Assembly (NCBI GenBank): GCA_036172245.1
Contig: JAYWIR010000011.1
Span: forward strand, 310,001-374,000
Source of the DNA: Raillietiella orientalis
Lineage: Eukaryota
Direction of reading: 5' to 3'
DNA length: 64,000 nt
Under the pieces are notes generated by a model. The model saw only the letters and a program-made list of their open reading frames with translations, searched no databases and was not told the origin of the DNA. Below are positions 53,201-64,000 of the stretch, in pieces. Position numbers and translations under genes: made by a program. Within the stretch, counting starts at the first letter, position 1, and each line of letters starts with the position of its first letter.

Positions 53201-56200
53201 TGCATGTCTCGTTGCGAGGTCGCCCAGCAACCGCTCCCATCCTGCCAGTTCTCCCTGGTGGAGCCCGATGAGCAAGGACGGGGACCTCGGTGTCGGGGGG
53301 CGTCTTTTCCTTCGGACTACACTTCGACAGTCAACTCCACCTGCGTCACCGCCGTCCGCAGCCCCAAAACTCCATCAAGTGTACGTGACTCCCTGTTTGA
53401 TGACCTTTCTAGAGGTCAGGGACTCGATGGGAAAGGTGGGAAGGGAGCAAGAGGATGGCAACAAGCCGAGCTCCGAGCCGCAAACCTGGAACAGCCAGGG
53501 ACTGCTTCGGAGTCCAGAGGGTGCTGTGGCGGAAGGGCCGCTGAACTGACGGGGTACACGGAGAGACACAAGCGGTGAAGGACGAATTGCTTGAGGCTGA
53601 TGAATGGTGCAAACGGATGCAGAGGCGAAGCGCCTCTGGATCCCCTGCCGAGGGAGATGGGATAGCCGAAGGATGGGGGGGGGGGAGATCGAAGCTGGAC
53701 GACGGATCACTACTGCTGCCTTGTTGGTGGGCGACACATCCTCTTTTCGCAGACTCTACGGAAGTGAGTGTTATCCTTTTTCGCATCCTTTTCCGGAAGG
53801 TGCCTCCTTGACTTTGGTCGCCTTCCCCGTCTTCTCGTGATCTTCCTTTAAGAGACCGCAGATTCTCTGGTCCTCGCTCCTCAGATCCGGAAGACGAGGA
53901 GGCGGGGAAGGTGAAAGACCTACGAACTAGAAGCGGTGCTTTCCGGTGACTCCTGATGTTGCATGTTCCGTCTCGTAAAGTCCCCCCCCCCCCCCCAGTC
54001 GTCCCTTTCGTGCGCCAGCGCACCCTCGCGGTCTCGAGAAAGCCGACGGAGTGCGATGCTCGTTCTCTTGCTGCAGTGGAAGACACCTCGTCAGATGTCG
54101 CGAAGCTGCCCCTCGAGGGCAAGAGGTATATATAGCTTCGGGGCGTTCGCACGTCTCAGGGTTCCGTGACTAAGGAATGGATGGGAATTCCTTAGTGACC
54201 TTTTGAGTCGCTAGCGCCCTGAGAGGAGAGCAGTGTTTCTCAAATGGAACCGAACCTGGGATCATAAACAGGTGGTTCTGGAAGCGATCCGAGATTGCTG
54301 GGCAAGTGGATGTGGCATCCATATCCTCACATGCCGAAGGTCCTCCCCGAAGGGCTAGATGGATGTCAGAGGAACGCTGGCAACCGGAAGACCTTTCTCT
54401 TTCCCTCCCCCCTTCCTCACTCCCTTCAGTGCGTCCTTCCGCACTTTCCGGCTTCTTCCTCCTAGTTTTCCGATCGGGCGAAGGCATCTGCGAAGGATGA
54501 CCAGGGGATGTTCCCTCCCTACGTGGAGTTGAGCTGAGTCCCTCAGGCATACAGGGCACGTCCTCACTCTAGAGTCTCCACGTCTCCTCCAGTACAAGTC
54601 AGCGGGCCGAAGAGAGGGAGCTGCGAAAGGAGGCACGAAAGGCTCCTATGCCCAACGGAGTCCTTGACTCGTAGCCAGCGAGAGAGGAGGAGGGGTGGAA
54701 ACAGGATAAGGTATCCCTGTCACGATTTCTTTCCTATGCAGAAGGGACAGCTCCGTGCTCCTGAGGAATCGGGCAGTTTCGGTATGCTAGAGCGAGAGGG
54801 AGGAGGGGTCATCATCATCACCAGCTTCCACTTCCATCCAGTTCCCACATCACCACCACCGTATCCCACTGCCCCCGAGACTCTGGGATCTCTACCCAAC
54901 TCCATTTCTTCCCCTGGTCCTCAGCAACAGCATCGCTCCCTTCCTGGACGCTCTTGCAGCCCTGGCTAACTGCTCCTGACAGACTCCGCATGTTTTTCGA
55001 CGAGTGGGCACGGAGAAGGCTTCCCGTGCAGGAGGGGGAGGAACAAGGAAGAAGAGGATGGGTGGGAATCGAAGATGAGGGGGGGGGGGGGAAACAGGGA
55101 AGCTCTCTGAAGGCGGAGGGCGAAAGGAGAAACAAGTAGCGGCTAGAGGGTCGTTCGAACCTGACCCTTTTCGGCGAGATGGCAGGAGACCACCGTGCGC
55201 GTTTTGGCTTCCGGCTCGGTCTTTTCTGGCCATGCCTGCTCGTCTTCCATCGTGCGCGTGCGGCCGAAAACGTTCGCCACGCGAACCCCAAGGCCGTGTC
55301 TCTGCCGCGCGCGCGTGCAGAAACACCGCAACGTGCTGCAAGCATGCGCGCGTGCTAAACACGTTGACACTGTGTGCGTCGCCGGCATGCTGCACCCTGC
55401 TGGACGCGAGTGCGTTCTGCGTACGCTCACGTGCACGTAAGTGTGCGCACAACGTGCAGACAGTACGGTACAGACAGAATAACCTATACCTTCTTCGAAC
55501 GCTCGTTCAAGTGGTGCATTTATGTGTTCCACGCGCGTGTCGCTGGATGCATCCGTGTACACTACGCAGGTGTCAATATGCAAGACGCGTGCTCCTCAAA
55601 GCACGCACGAATGCGAGATTTTCGAGGCCCGCGGGGCTTTTCACGAAACTTTTTCGAGGTGAAAAACCAACTGAAAGACAGGCAAAAGAGAAAGAAAGAA
55701 AAAAAAAGGGTCTCTGGTCGACTCGTCCTCGAATCCAGGGCATATCCAGGGGGTAGGTGGAAGAGTTCCCGGCGGGCAAGGGAAGAGGATCCGAAGACTA
55801 AGGGGGAAAGGGAAACGTTCCCTTGAGGAGAAAAGGACCGCGCTGGAAGCGCGGTTTCGGGGTCCGCGAGTTTACTTTTCCCGCCGTCCCTCACGCGACC
55901 AGGAAGCGTCGGGCCCCCCAGCTTCCCTGCTCGCGGTTCCTGCGAACAGGAATCGGAAACCGAGGTTTCACGCAATCCTGCGGGCTGCAGCAGCCTCCGG
56001 AGGACGAGCGCAGCTCCGGTCACACTGGCCTGGCTAGCCGCGGACGCCTTGGTTCGCCGGGAGGCTGCCTGAGATGCCGGTGCCACACGCGCCACGGTGC
56101 GACGCCGCCTCGCGTCGTCACACCACGTCACGATTTCTTTCAAGTATTTACAAACGATCTCCATGCACACCCGTGTACCTTTGCACCTATTGTCTGGAAC

Positions 56201-56673
56201 CATTGCCGTTTGATGAATAGATGCTCCAGAGGAACGTGTCAACAGCTATAAATAGCACGCGCATTTGCAGCCAAGGTCATTCGCAGATGGTATGCAAGCG
56301 TTCCGCTACCTATTCGAGGATCGGAGTGATGTACGCGACGGCGTAATTCTTCGCCGATCCCCTCGGGTTTTCCTGTTTTTTTTTTTTTTTTTCCTCTTTA
56401 CCAAGTGTTCCGGTCTTCTGGAGTGGTCGGCAGGACTTTTCCTCAGGATCTGCCGACGAACTTCCCGAGAGTTTCGGAGAAGTGGGAACTTTCCGGTTCC
56501 GCCCGCACGACGCTGCTCGTGCAAGTGTACGACGCAAGTACGCGCTGCACCTACCGTGGGAGCTTTTTTTTCCCGAGAGCGATCTTCGCAGTACCGCCGC
56601 GCGCGCGCGCGCGCGCTTTCCGTGGCTTCGCGGCTGCTCGGCGTCTGAGGGAGGAAAACGCGATGGGTTCCCC

Positions 56674-56704
<31 letters not shown>

Positions 56705-58375
56705 CCCTCCACGTCCACCCGCAGCTGCCCCTCCGTGGCAGGGCGGATTTCCCCCCTCCCTCCTCCTCGTCCCGTAGGATTCGTCGGGCTGACGGTATCG
56801 GACCCCTCCACTGTTGTTCGTTAGGACGCCCCCATTGTTGGGTTCGAATTCCGGAAGCCAATCAGTTATGCCGGAAACTTGAACGGCAAATGAAAAGCAA
56901 CGGACAAAGACGCGTAGGCGAAGGAATAAAAGCATCAAGAGAATGGAATGATGCGCACGTTTACCAAACCGGCATGGAAAAAGTAACAGTGGATAGTCCA
57001 GTTTGTTATTGCAGTACTGTTTGTTGCATCTTAGTGGACTGCATATTCTTCTTATGAAATTTGTAATCAAGGCGTACAAGTGACGACGCAGGGGGTGTTC
57101 CTGAAAATTCTCAAATTCTCTCGCATGCTTCTTCTTTTAGATGGAAACGGCCTTCCCTAGCAACCTCATCCTCGCGTTATGCTTCACACGTTCGGTGCAT
57201 TCCTCGTCCCACGTGGAGACGGTCGGTTTGCTTTTCGTGTCATCCGAGCATGCGCCACGCAAGCGCCGTCTTCGTTCGGGACGGATCGAACCAGCCGTGC
57301 TCGCACCTTCGGCGTGACGGTTCCTCCCTGCACCGGGACCCCGCCGTGTTCCTCGCAAGGGGGCGTCCGATGGCGATCGGAAGGTCGCCAGAGGAACTGG
57401 GAGTCGGAGCGTAGGGGTGCCGAGGGAAAAGAGAGCGAGGGCGCCGCTCGGAGGAGGGCGAAACGGAGGATTTCCAACGACGCGCACCGGAAAGATGCCC
57501 GACCGACACGGCCACCGGCCACTCCGCGAGCCGTGCCGGCCTCCGGAGGGCAAACATCCAAAGCGGGTGGAGTGCGAGGCTTCCCGTATTTGCCTTCTTG
57601 GTCGAGGGTCCGTCGGAACCGCGAACGGGTACTCCTTCAGAAGCGGGGCAAGAAGGGGCAGAAGCAATCAGCGCTGCTGGTGAAAGAGGGGAGGGGAGGC
57701 TCTCACGGATCCGTTGATGCTGCTCGATCAGTTTCGCGACGGAATGCCGGTACGCTGCCGATAGGAACCGCACGCAGAAAAGAAAAAGGAAAAAAAAAAA
57801 AAAAAAAGGAAAGGTGAACTGCGCGGTTGCTGCTGACGAGTGAACGACGCGGGCGAAGAGGGGGGACGCGCGTGCGCACTATGCCATGGGACGGATCGCA
57901 ACCAGTGCGCACCTCTCATCACGCACGTGTGCAGCGCCCTCCCCCTCCATTCGCCGCTCATGCGCCCGGTCCTCTTGTGACGCGCGGATACACCCAGCTC
58001 CCCACTCCCCTTCTTCCCCCTCCTGCTCGGCTAATCCGGCTTGTTGTGCGCTTCCAGGACGTCGCCTTCATCAACCCGGCGAACATCGTGTTCATCTACA
58101 TGCTCATGAGGGACGTCGTCAAGGAGGACGTGGACACGGTCCAGGAGCTGCACTGCTTGGTGCTGACGTGCCTGTACCTGGGCTACTCGTACATGGGCAA
58201 CGAGATCTCCTACCCGCTGAAGCCCTTCCTGATGGAGAGCAGGGAGACTTTCTGGAACCGCTGCCTCTCCATCATCCACAAGATGTCCGCCGACATGCTG
58301 AGGATCAACGCGGACCCCATCTTCTTTACCCAGATCTTCACCGAACTGAAAAGCATAGGCCAGATTGGCGTCTGA
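50278..58375 (+). CDS. CDK5R1: Cyclin-dependent kinase 5 activator (p35/p39 family), 2 exons, 329 aa
   Basis: Exon 1 is 50278-50949 ([56 protein letters not shown], gtcagt donor). Exon 2 is 58058-58375 (cttccag acceptor, [58 protein letters not shown]). The intron is phase 0 and 7108 nt. The symbol is family-level; CDK5R1 and CDK5R2 cannot be distinguished. Confidence 0.97.
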
Positions 58376-61300
58376 TGATGGCCCGGGGGAGAAACGAACG
58401 AGCCCCATCCCATCCCAAGGAGGAGGAGAGGAAAACACCCACCCACGCAGGCGAGCCGAACTTCAAAGCGACGCTTCCTCCGGGGCGTCGTCCGTAGCCT
58501 CGGCCTGCTGGGAGCCAAGCGGCTCCCCCCGCTTTGGCGACGGGTCAGTGCCCCACGACCCGAGGCTGCCGCTGCGACCTCGGCGGGTGGGCGCAGTGCC
58601 GCAGCGCCAACCCTGCCCTTTGAATTTCCAGTGCTGTGATCGTTCGCATCGGCCAGCGCCCCTGGCGAAAGGCGGGGAGGGAAAAGTGGAGGCTTGGCCG
58701 CTGCGCCGGCCGGCCCGTGCCCTCGCCCGCCGAAGGTTCCCCGTCCGTCGCCTCGCCCTTCTGACGTCTTCCCTTCGACAGAAACATTCCTGGCGGGACC
58801 CCCCGCGTCCCGCCGGAGGCCGGAAGTCAGTGCAATATTTCGACCGTGAATACTCGACTGTACCATAAGCACGTGTACATACGTGTACATAAGAACACGA
58901 GTGAGGCGACCAGTGTACTCATAGTAATGAGAATGATGGTGCTGGTGGCTAAAATGGGGATGGATGGGGGGAGGGAACTCGTGCGTAATGACAGGTGCGC
59001 GCTCGCGCCTCTCGCTGCTCGCAGGCTGCCAGCAGAGTGGGTTGGGTCAGCCGCTACCCAGGTAGCGGCAAGGGGGGATGGGGGAGGGGGGAAGCTGCTA
59101 CCACCATTTCCCAGCAACCAGTTCCTTCTGGCAGTGGCTTCTCAACGGTCCAACCCCACGCTCCTCCTGAGAGGAAAAGGAAGCGGAGGACCCTTCTGGG
59201 TTTTTCTCCGTTTCCCTGGTTGCGGCGTTCAGGGCCTTGAGCCTCCGATGGGGAAGGGGGGGAGGAAGGGGAGGAAAGAAGACGCCTCTTGGGTCCAGCG
59301 TGGGGAAGCTAGTCGCTTTGAAGCGGCACCCTCTCGCGCCACTCCCCTGACGGTGGCATCTCCCACCTTCTGCTCTGCCCTTCCATCCCCGGATCCAACA
59401 ATGCACGGTCCGCTGATAGGGGTGAGGGAGGGAGGAAGGGGGTGTTTGTTTCGGCGCACTCGGATGGAGGTACCTCCTCGAGGACGAGGTCATCCCGTAG
59501 AGAGTAGGCTGCGAGAGATCCGAGGAGGAGGGAGAATCTGGGCGTGCAGAGGGGAGCGGAGGAGGATTTCGGGGCTCGAAGACCCCGGGGGGCCGGGAAA
59601 GCAAGGGTTCATGGATCCTTCTGCGACCTCCCAGCTCACCAGGTGCGTTTCCTCCCCCCCTTCCTATCTCCCGAAGGGAGCTTCGACCGAGTGGCCAGGA
59701 TCAAGACGCACTCCCCACTTTCTTAAGGGAGCCGCGAGCCTCACCCCCCCCCCCCTTCCCGGCTTCCCGGACCAGCTGGAGGAGGAGGGTCGCCCCCCGC
59801 TTCGCTTCTTCCGCCCTTCCCCGTTCGGTGGCTCGGAGCCGGGCAGGATGAGACGCAGCGGCGCTCTCTCGGGAGCCCTGCCGAGAGGGGGACGGCTTGC
59901 GCCGCTGCTCTCTCCCCTCGCTTTTTGGAGGGCTTCCCGGAGTCATTTCCCTGGCGCCGTCGGACAGCCTCTGGAGTCGGAGGCGCCCGTGAGCCTTCCC
60001 CACCGCCTCAGGGAGCCCCAGTGCCTCTGTCTCCTCCCTTGTCTCTTGTCTCTAGCTGCGCGCCGGCGGACCCTCCTTCCTCTCCCTTCCTTTCCTCGCG
60101 GAAGGGCAGGCAGACTGGCAGGGGAGGAGAAACAGGGAGTAAGCAGCAAACCTCCAGCGGACAGCCAGCACAGGATCAACTGTCAAGGTCGTCGATTCCC
60201 CCCCCCCCCTTGGTTCCCTCTCGCGGAGCCGCTCATCAGACAGGAAGTCCGGGATGGAAGCTGCGTCCGAGAGGGCAGATGCTCGCCGCCAGGCAGACGA
60301 TCCGCCCAATGAGCGAAGCGTCCGCCATTGCGCTGCTCGCCGCCGCTCCATTGTTGTTGGTTGCTACGGAAGCGCGCTCAGCATCGCAGTTTGTTTTCGG
60401 ATGGTGTGCCCGCGTGGTTGCGTTGCGGCGTCGTGTGCCCGTCGCAAGAGAGCCCTCCTTGCACTCCCATGTGGACCCCTGCAAAGTAGATTTCAACCCT
60501 GTGGGGTGGGTGTGGTTGCCAGACAGGTGTTCGCTGCTCCGCAGCCATCGCCCCTACGCCCTCTTCTGGACGCATGTGGTTTTCAGGCGTCGGTAGGGTA
60601 AAAGCCCACTCGCTGCCTTGGAAACGCATTTGTGGCTGAAAGTGCTGGTCAGGTGTGTTGTGGACGAATTCTTTGTGCAATCCCGTGAGTTTGTCCACAG
60701 TGATCCAGAGTGGAACTGTTTGAAAAACCGTGTGGGTCAAAAATATTCATCGTTTTAATAAAAAAAAAAAAAAAAAAACAAAGTTCACGTTGAAAACGGC
60801 AGTTCGATGTTTTCCTTTTTTCCTCCTCCTTCCAGCATGGTTGCGCTCGGAGTGTTCTCGGGAACACTCGGGGAGCAAGATGAGTAAGTGAAGGGGTGTG
60901 TTCACGTGGATGGCAACCGAACGCGTGCGTATTTATCCGGATGAACTCGATTCGCACGAACGCCCGCATGCAGGAATTCATCGCGAACCCGTTCTGCTCA
61001 CGCAAAAATCTCCCGCCTTCTTCCCTGTCGGCGTTCCGGGACCAGCTCTCCTTTGCGACCACGTGGAACGGTGCACCGCCCTAAGGTGTACGGCAATCAA
61101 CACGAGGCTTCTCAGACAGCAGCCAAATCTCTCCACCAAATGGATCAGTCTGTTTGTCTTTGCCAATCTCGTTTCTGCCACATGGGGGGAAGAGGGGGGG
61201 GGAACACGGATTGCCATCAAGCAGCACGCGTGCACCATTGAAGGGCAGACTTCTTCGGCCAAGAGTGGTCACCTCGTGGAAATGCGGACCCACATCCCTT

Positions 61301-62580
61301 CTGCCAACGTGGATTAGCTCATTCCGTGCAGGCAACCACTGCTGAGCGATGGGATGCTGATGCGCGGGACGAATGATGCTCCCCGTGATGGTGAAGATGC
61401 GAACGAATGGCAAACTGCGAACACTCCACAAATGACACACGTGAAAAGGAAAGTGACGATGATTACGTGGTTCATTTGGCCACAACGTGCATTCCCCGTG
61501 TACTTGAGCTGATGAGTGATCCCGATCTGTATGCATGCAGAGTACACTGCGAGCCACCACGTGCGCGTGGCCGTTTGCAGTGTACACTGTACGAAAATCG
61601 AAATTGATTTTCGTACGGATCGTGAGGTTCCGTGCGGTATGTGTGCACGCGGTGGACTTCCACCAACGCGATGCTCCGTTTGTCAGGTGGTCACGACGAG
61701 CCGCGAAACCTCCTGCCGAGGAAATCCGCCACAAAGGGGAAAGAAGCGACCACAAAGGGAATGCGCAGCACCGGTGCGATGTCAAACCTGTCCGATGTGT
61801 GCGCTACCCGAAGGGCATCCCATCACACACGACGCATCACTTTACCACACGTGTAATCCGTTCATCGCGTTGGAAACGATTTCATGGGGGAAGTACCTTT
61901 TCCTTTGGCTCGTGGCGGGCATCCCATCGGATCTTCCAAAGGGCTGCGGTCAAGGGGAGACCGTCCCGGACGTTATCTGAATCCGGGCGTCCTGGATTCT
62001 TCCTGCTACCGGATTCCCACGTGTCCCGTCCCGTTCTAAAATCCTCCATCGAAAAGAACCTGAGGCTGCAGCCCGCATGCAAGCGGCCCGCAGCAGCATC
62101 CCGGATCCACCTGGACGAGCACCAAACACCAGGGATGAGTGCGCCGATTCAGCCAAGCCAAGTGGTGAGCCAAGAAGCGCGATGACATCGAAGGGTGCCT
62201 CAGTGACGAAATCATTCGGGAATCAGCGTTCGCTGATTCGTCATCTGCGTCCCGTTTCGAAAGCGTCGGCTCGGAACTCCCCGGGAACGTCCAGGACCTC
62301 GGACGAGACGGGAGACGGTTTGCCTCGTGAGCGGAAATGACTGTCTCGCTGCACTCCACCCCTGGACCGCTGCGCTCCCGCTGAACGGCGCGCCCGTCAC
62401 TTTCACGAACCTTCCTTTCCGCGGATCACAGAAGTTGGGATGCTGGAGAGGTACCATCGCGGACGACGCTGCCGTTCGCTCGGAGCCGCTTTCGGGATGG
62501 GCCCTCGTGGATCCGAGCCGAGCGCATGGCAACGGATATCTCCGACCTGGGGGATTCCTAGTTGAAGACGAGACTTGGGG

Positions 62581-63307
62581 TTTCCACCCGGGTACGTCCG
62601 GGGCGTTTATTTTAAACGTGATATAAGTGATATACAAAATATAAACGTGATATACAAAAACGTGGTATAAGGCCCCACTAACGGCCACACAACCGGACCT
62701 GCCGGGACGCAGCCCGGCGTGACGCTCCTCGGCAGTGGAGGAGGATGGGGGAGAAAACAAAAAATAAAAATAAAAACAAAGAAAAAGAACAAAAAGAGTT
62801 TGGAGGGAAGGGAAGGGATCACAGTCCACTGGGAGGAGGGTCCATCCTTCGCAGGGTTCCCTCGAGGTCCATCGGCATTGTACCCAGCTGGGTCCATCCT
62901 GTAGCTCTCCGCATGAAGCAGACCGCATACGGGATGACGTCCCTCTCGTTGGCATCCACTCCTCCGTCGCGGGTATCTCTCCAGGCTGCCACGATGCCTC
63001 GGATGCAGCAGAGTGCTGCAACGGCTGCAGCTGGCTGCAGGGCGTCCCGCACGAAGAGAAGACGGAGAACGTCACTGGGTTGGCTGCCCACCGGGAGACC
63101 GAGGGTCGTCCCGAACCGTTCCCAGAGGGGTCGGAGGGCAGCACAGTCAACGAGTAGGTGGGGGAGGGATTCCCGCTCCCCACACCTGGCACACTCAGGC
63201 CTTACACTTCCCCGCGTCCAGTGGAAGCGGCGCGCGTTACAGGGTAAACCCCAGTGCAACAGCAGGAGAGCCGACTCTTGCCACTTCAGGGGGAGAAGCC
63301 TGGGGAG
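62581..63307 (-). mobile_element. 5'-truncated LINE copy C (zf-RVT region plus 3' UTR), same family as copy B
   Basis: Frame LPLKWQESALLLLHWGLPCNARR...CARCGERESLPHLLVDC runs to a stop at 62819. The 3' UTR resembles that of copy B and ends AATAAACGCCCCGG...CCGGGTGGAAA. Imperfect 9-bp TSD GACTTG(G/A)GG at 62572-62580 and 63308-63316. Confidence 0.88.
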
Positions 63308-64000
63308 GACTTGAGGACGCCTCCCGAACAGGGGCGTGTCCTTGGGACGCCCTGCGTGCGGGAACGGTGCGAACCCCGCAAGTTTACGCGCTCGCGGCAT
63401 GAGTGAGATCCACTCGGGATGCGCGGATGGACCTGCCGTGGGGGGCGTACGAGAGCGTGACCGCGCAGCCCGCACGGGACTGCCAAGGTCCGGAGCAAGA
63501 AGGCAAAAGAAGAGAAGAGGAAGCAGAAGAGGAGGAGGGAACGCCTCTGAGATAAGACGCCGAACGGTGCGCATGCGCCGGCTCCGCTCGCCTTTCCGTT
63601 TCCCGAGGAAGAAGGTGCGCCTGCGCGGAGGAACGGAGGACTCCGGGGCTATCCCCGCTGGTAGCGAAGGAAGGAGGAGGTGTTCCCAGGCGTCAAGAAC
63701 GGGCGCGCATCGGAAGCACCGAACCCAGAGGAACACTTCGCGGCATCCGGAAGGAGCTCGGGAGGGCAGAGCGCGCCGCCTCCCCGTTCCCCGAGGGCGT
63801 TCGACTAGCGAAGGGAGCGAAACGGCTCCTGTCGGATGGTCCTCACCGGCGCCGCCGCGTTCCCTCCTCGCCGCCTTTCCCGGTGGCGGCGACCACGACG
63901 CGCCACCCCTCCGAGAGCGCTGTGGAACTCGCGGGGAAGGGGGTGAGACGAAGCCCTTCTGGGAAAACGGAGGAGGAAACATCCCAGTGCCTCCCCCGGG

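Noticed and set aside
53700..54000. LINE endonuclease N-terminus (TCNIRS)
   Set aside because: A single weak motif without the downstream QE, GDFN or SDH motifs.
60212..60245. Minimal hammerhead on the minus strand (CTGATGA-GCGGCTCCGC-GAGA)
   Set aside because: GAGA replaces GAAA, there is no UH cleavage triplet, and there is no stem I.
61500..61620. Hammerhead ribozyme (CTGATGA at 61509 with a downstream GAAA and a stem)
   Set aside because: Stem I cannot form in either the type I or type III topology, and stem II has only 3 pairs.
44400..64000. Long single ORFs in the GC-rich blocks (for example 49663-51354, 58846-60312, 45212-46384)
   Set aside because: Arg/Gly/Pro-rich frames are expected from high GC, and some are antisense shadows of CDK5R. 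No domains recognised.
1..64000. CRISPR arrays, rRNA, operons or other prokaryotic systems
   Set aside because: No regularly spaced direct repeats or rRNA signatures, and the genes are spliced animal genes.

Overview
Eukaryotic (animal, most likely invertebrate) genomic DNA with GT-AG introns, many only about 40-60 nt. There are no prokaryotic features. Three protein-coding genes can be reconstructed by hand. (1) XRN1 5'-3' exoribonuclease, minus strand, ATG at 22203, 22 well-supported exons plus 3 tentative ones. (2) An ODF2/cenexin-family centriolar coiled-coil gene, minus strand, about 31.3-38.7 kb. (3) A two-exon CDK5 activator p35/p39 (CDK5R) gene, plus strand, 50278-58375. A small gene may be transcribed divergently from XRN1. 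The GC-rich intergenic DNA holds 5'-truncated L1/Tx1-like LINE copies with target-site duplications (TSDs). One copy is nested inside another, and all three share an AATAAA-hairpin-AAA 3' end. Two copies appear to sit at similar target sites. Base composition is strongly mosaic: an AT-rich, CpG-poor block covers the 5' half of XRN1 and is flanked by GC/CpG-rich DNA. Most ORFs in the supplied track are incidental. All alignments, identities and composition statements were made by eye, not computed.
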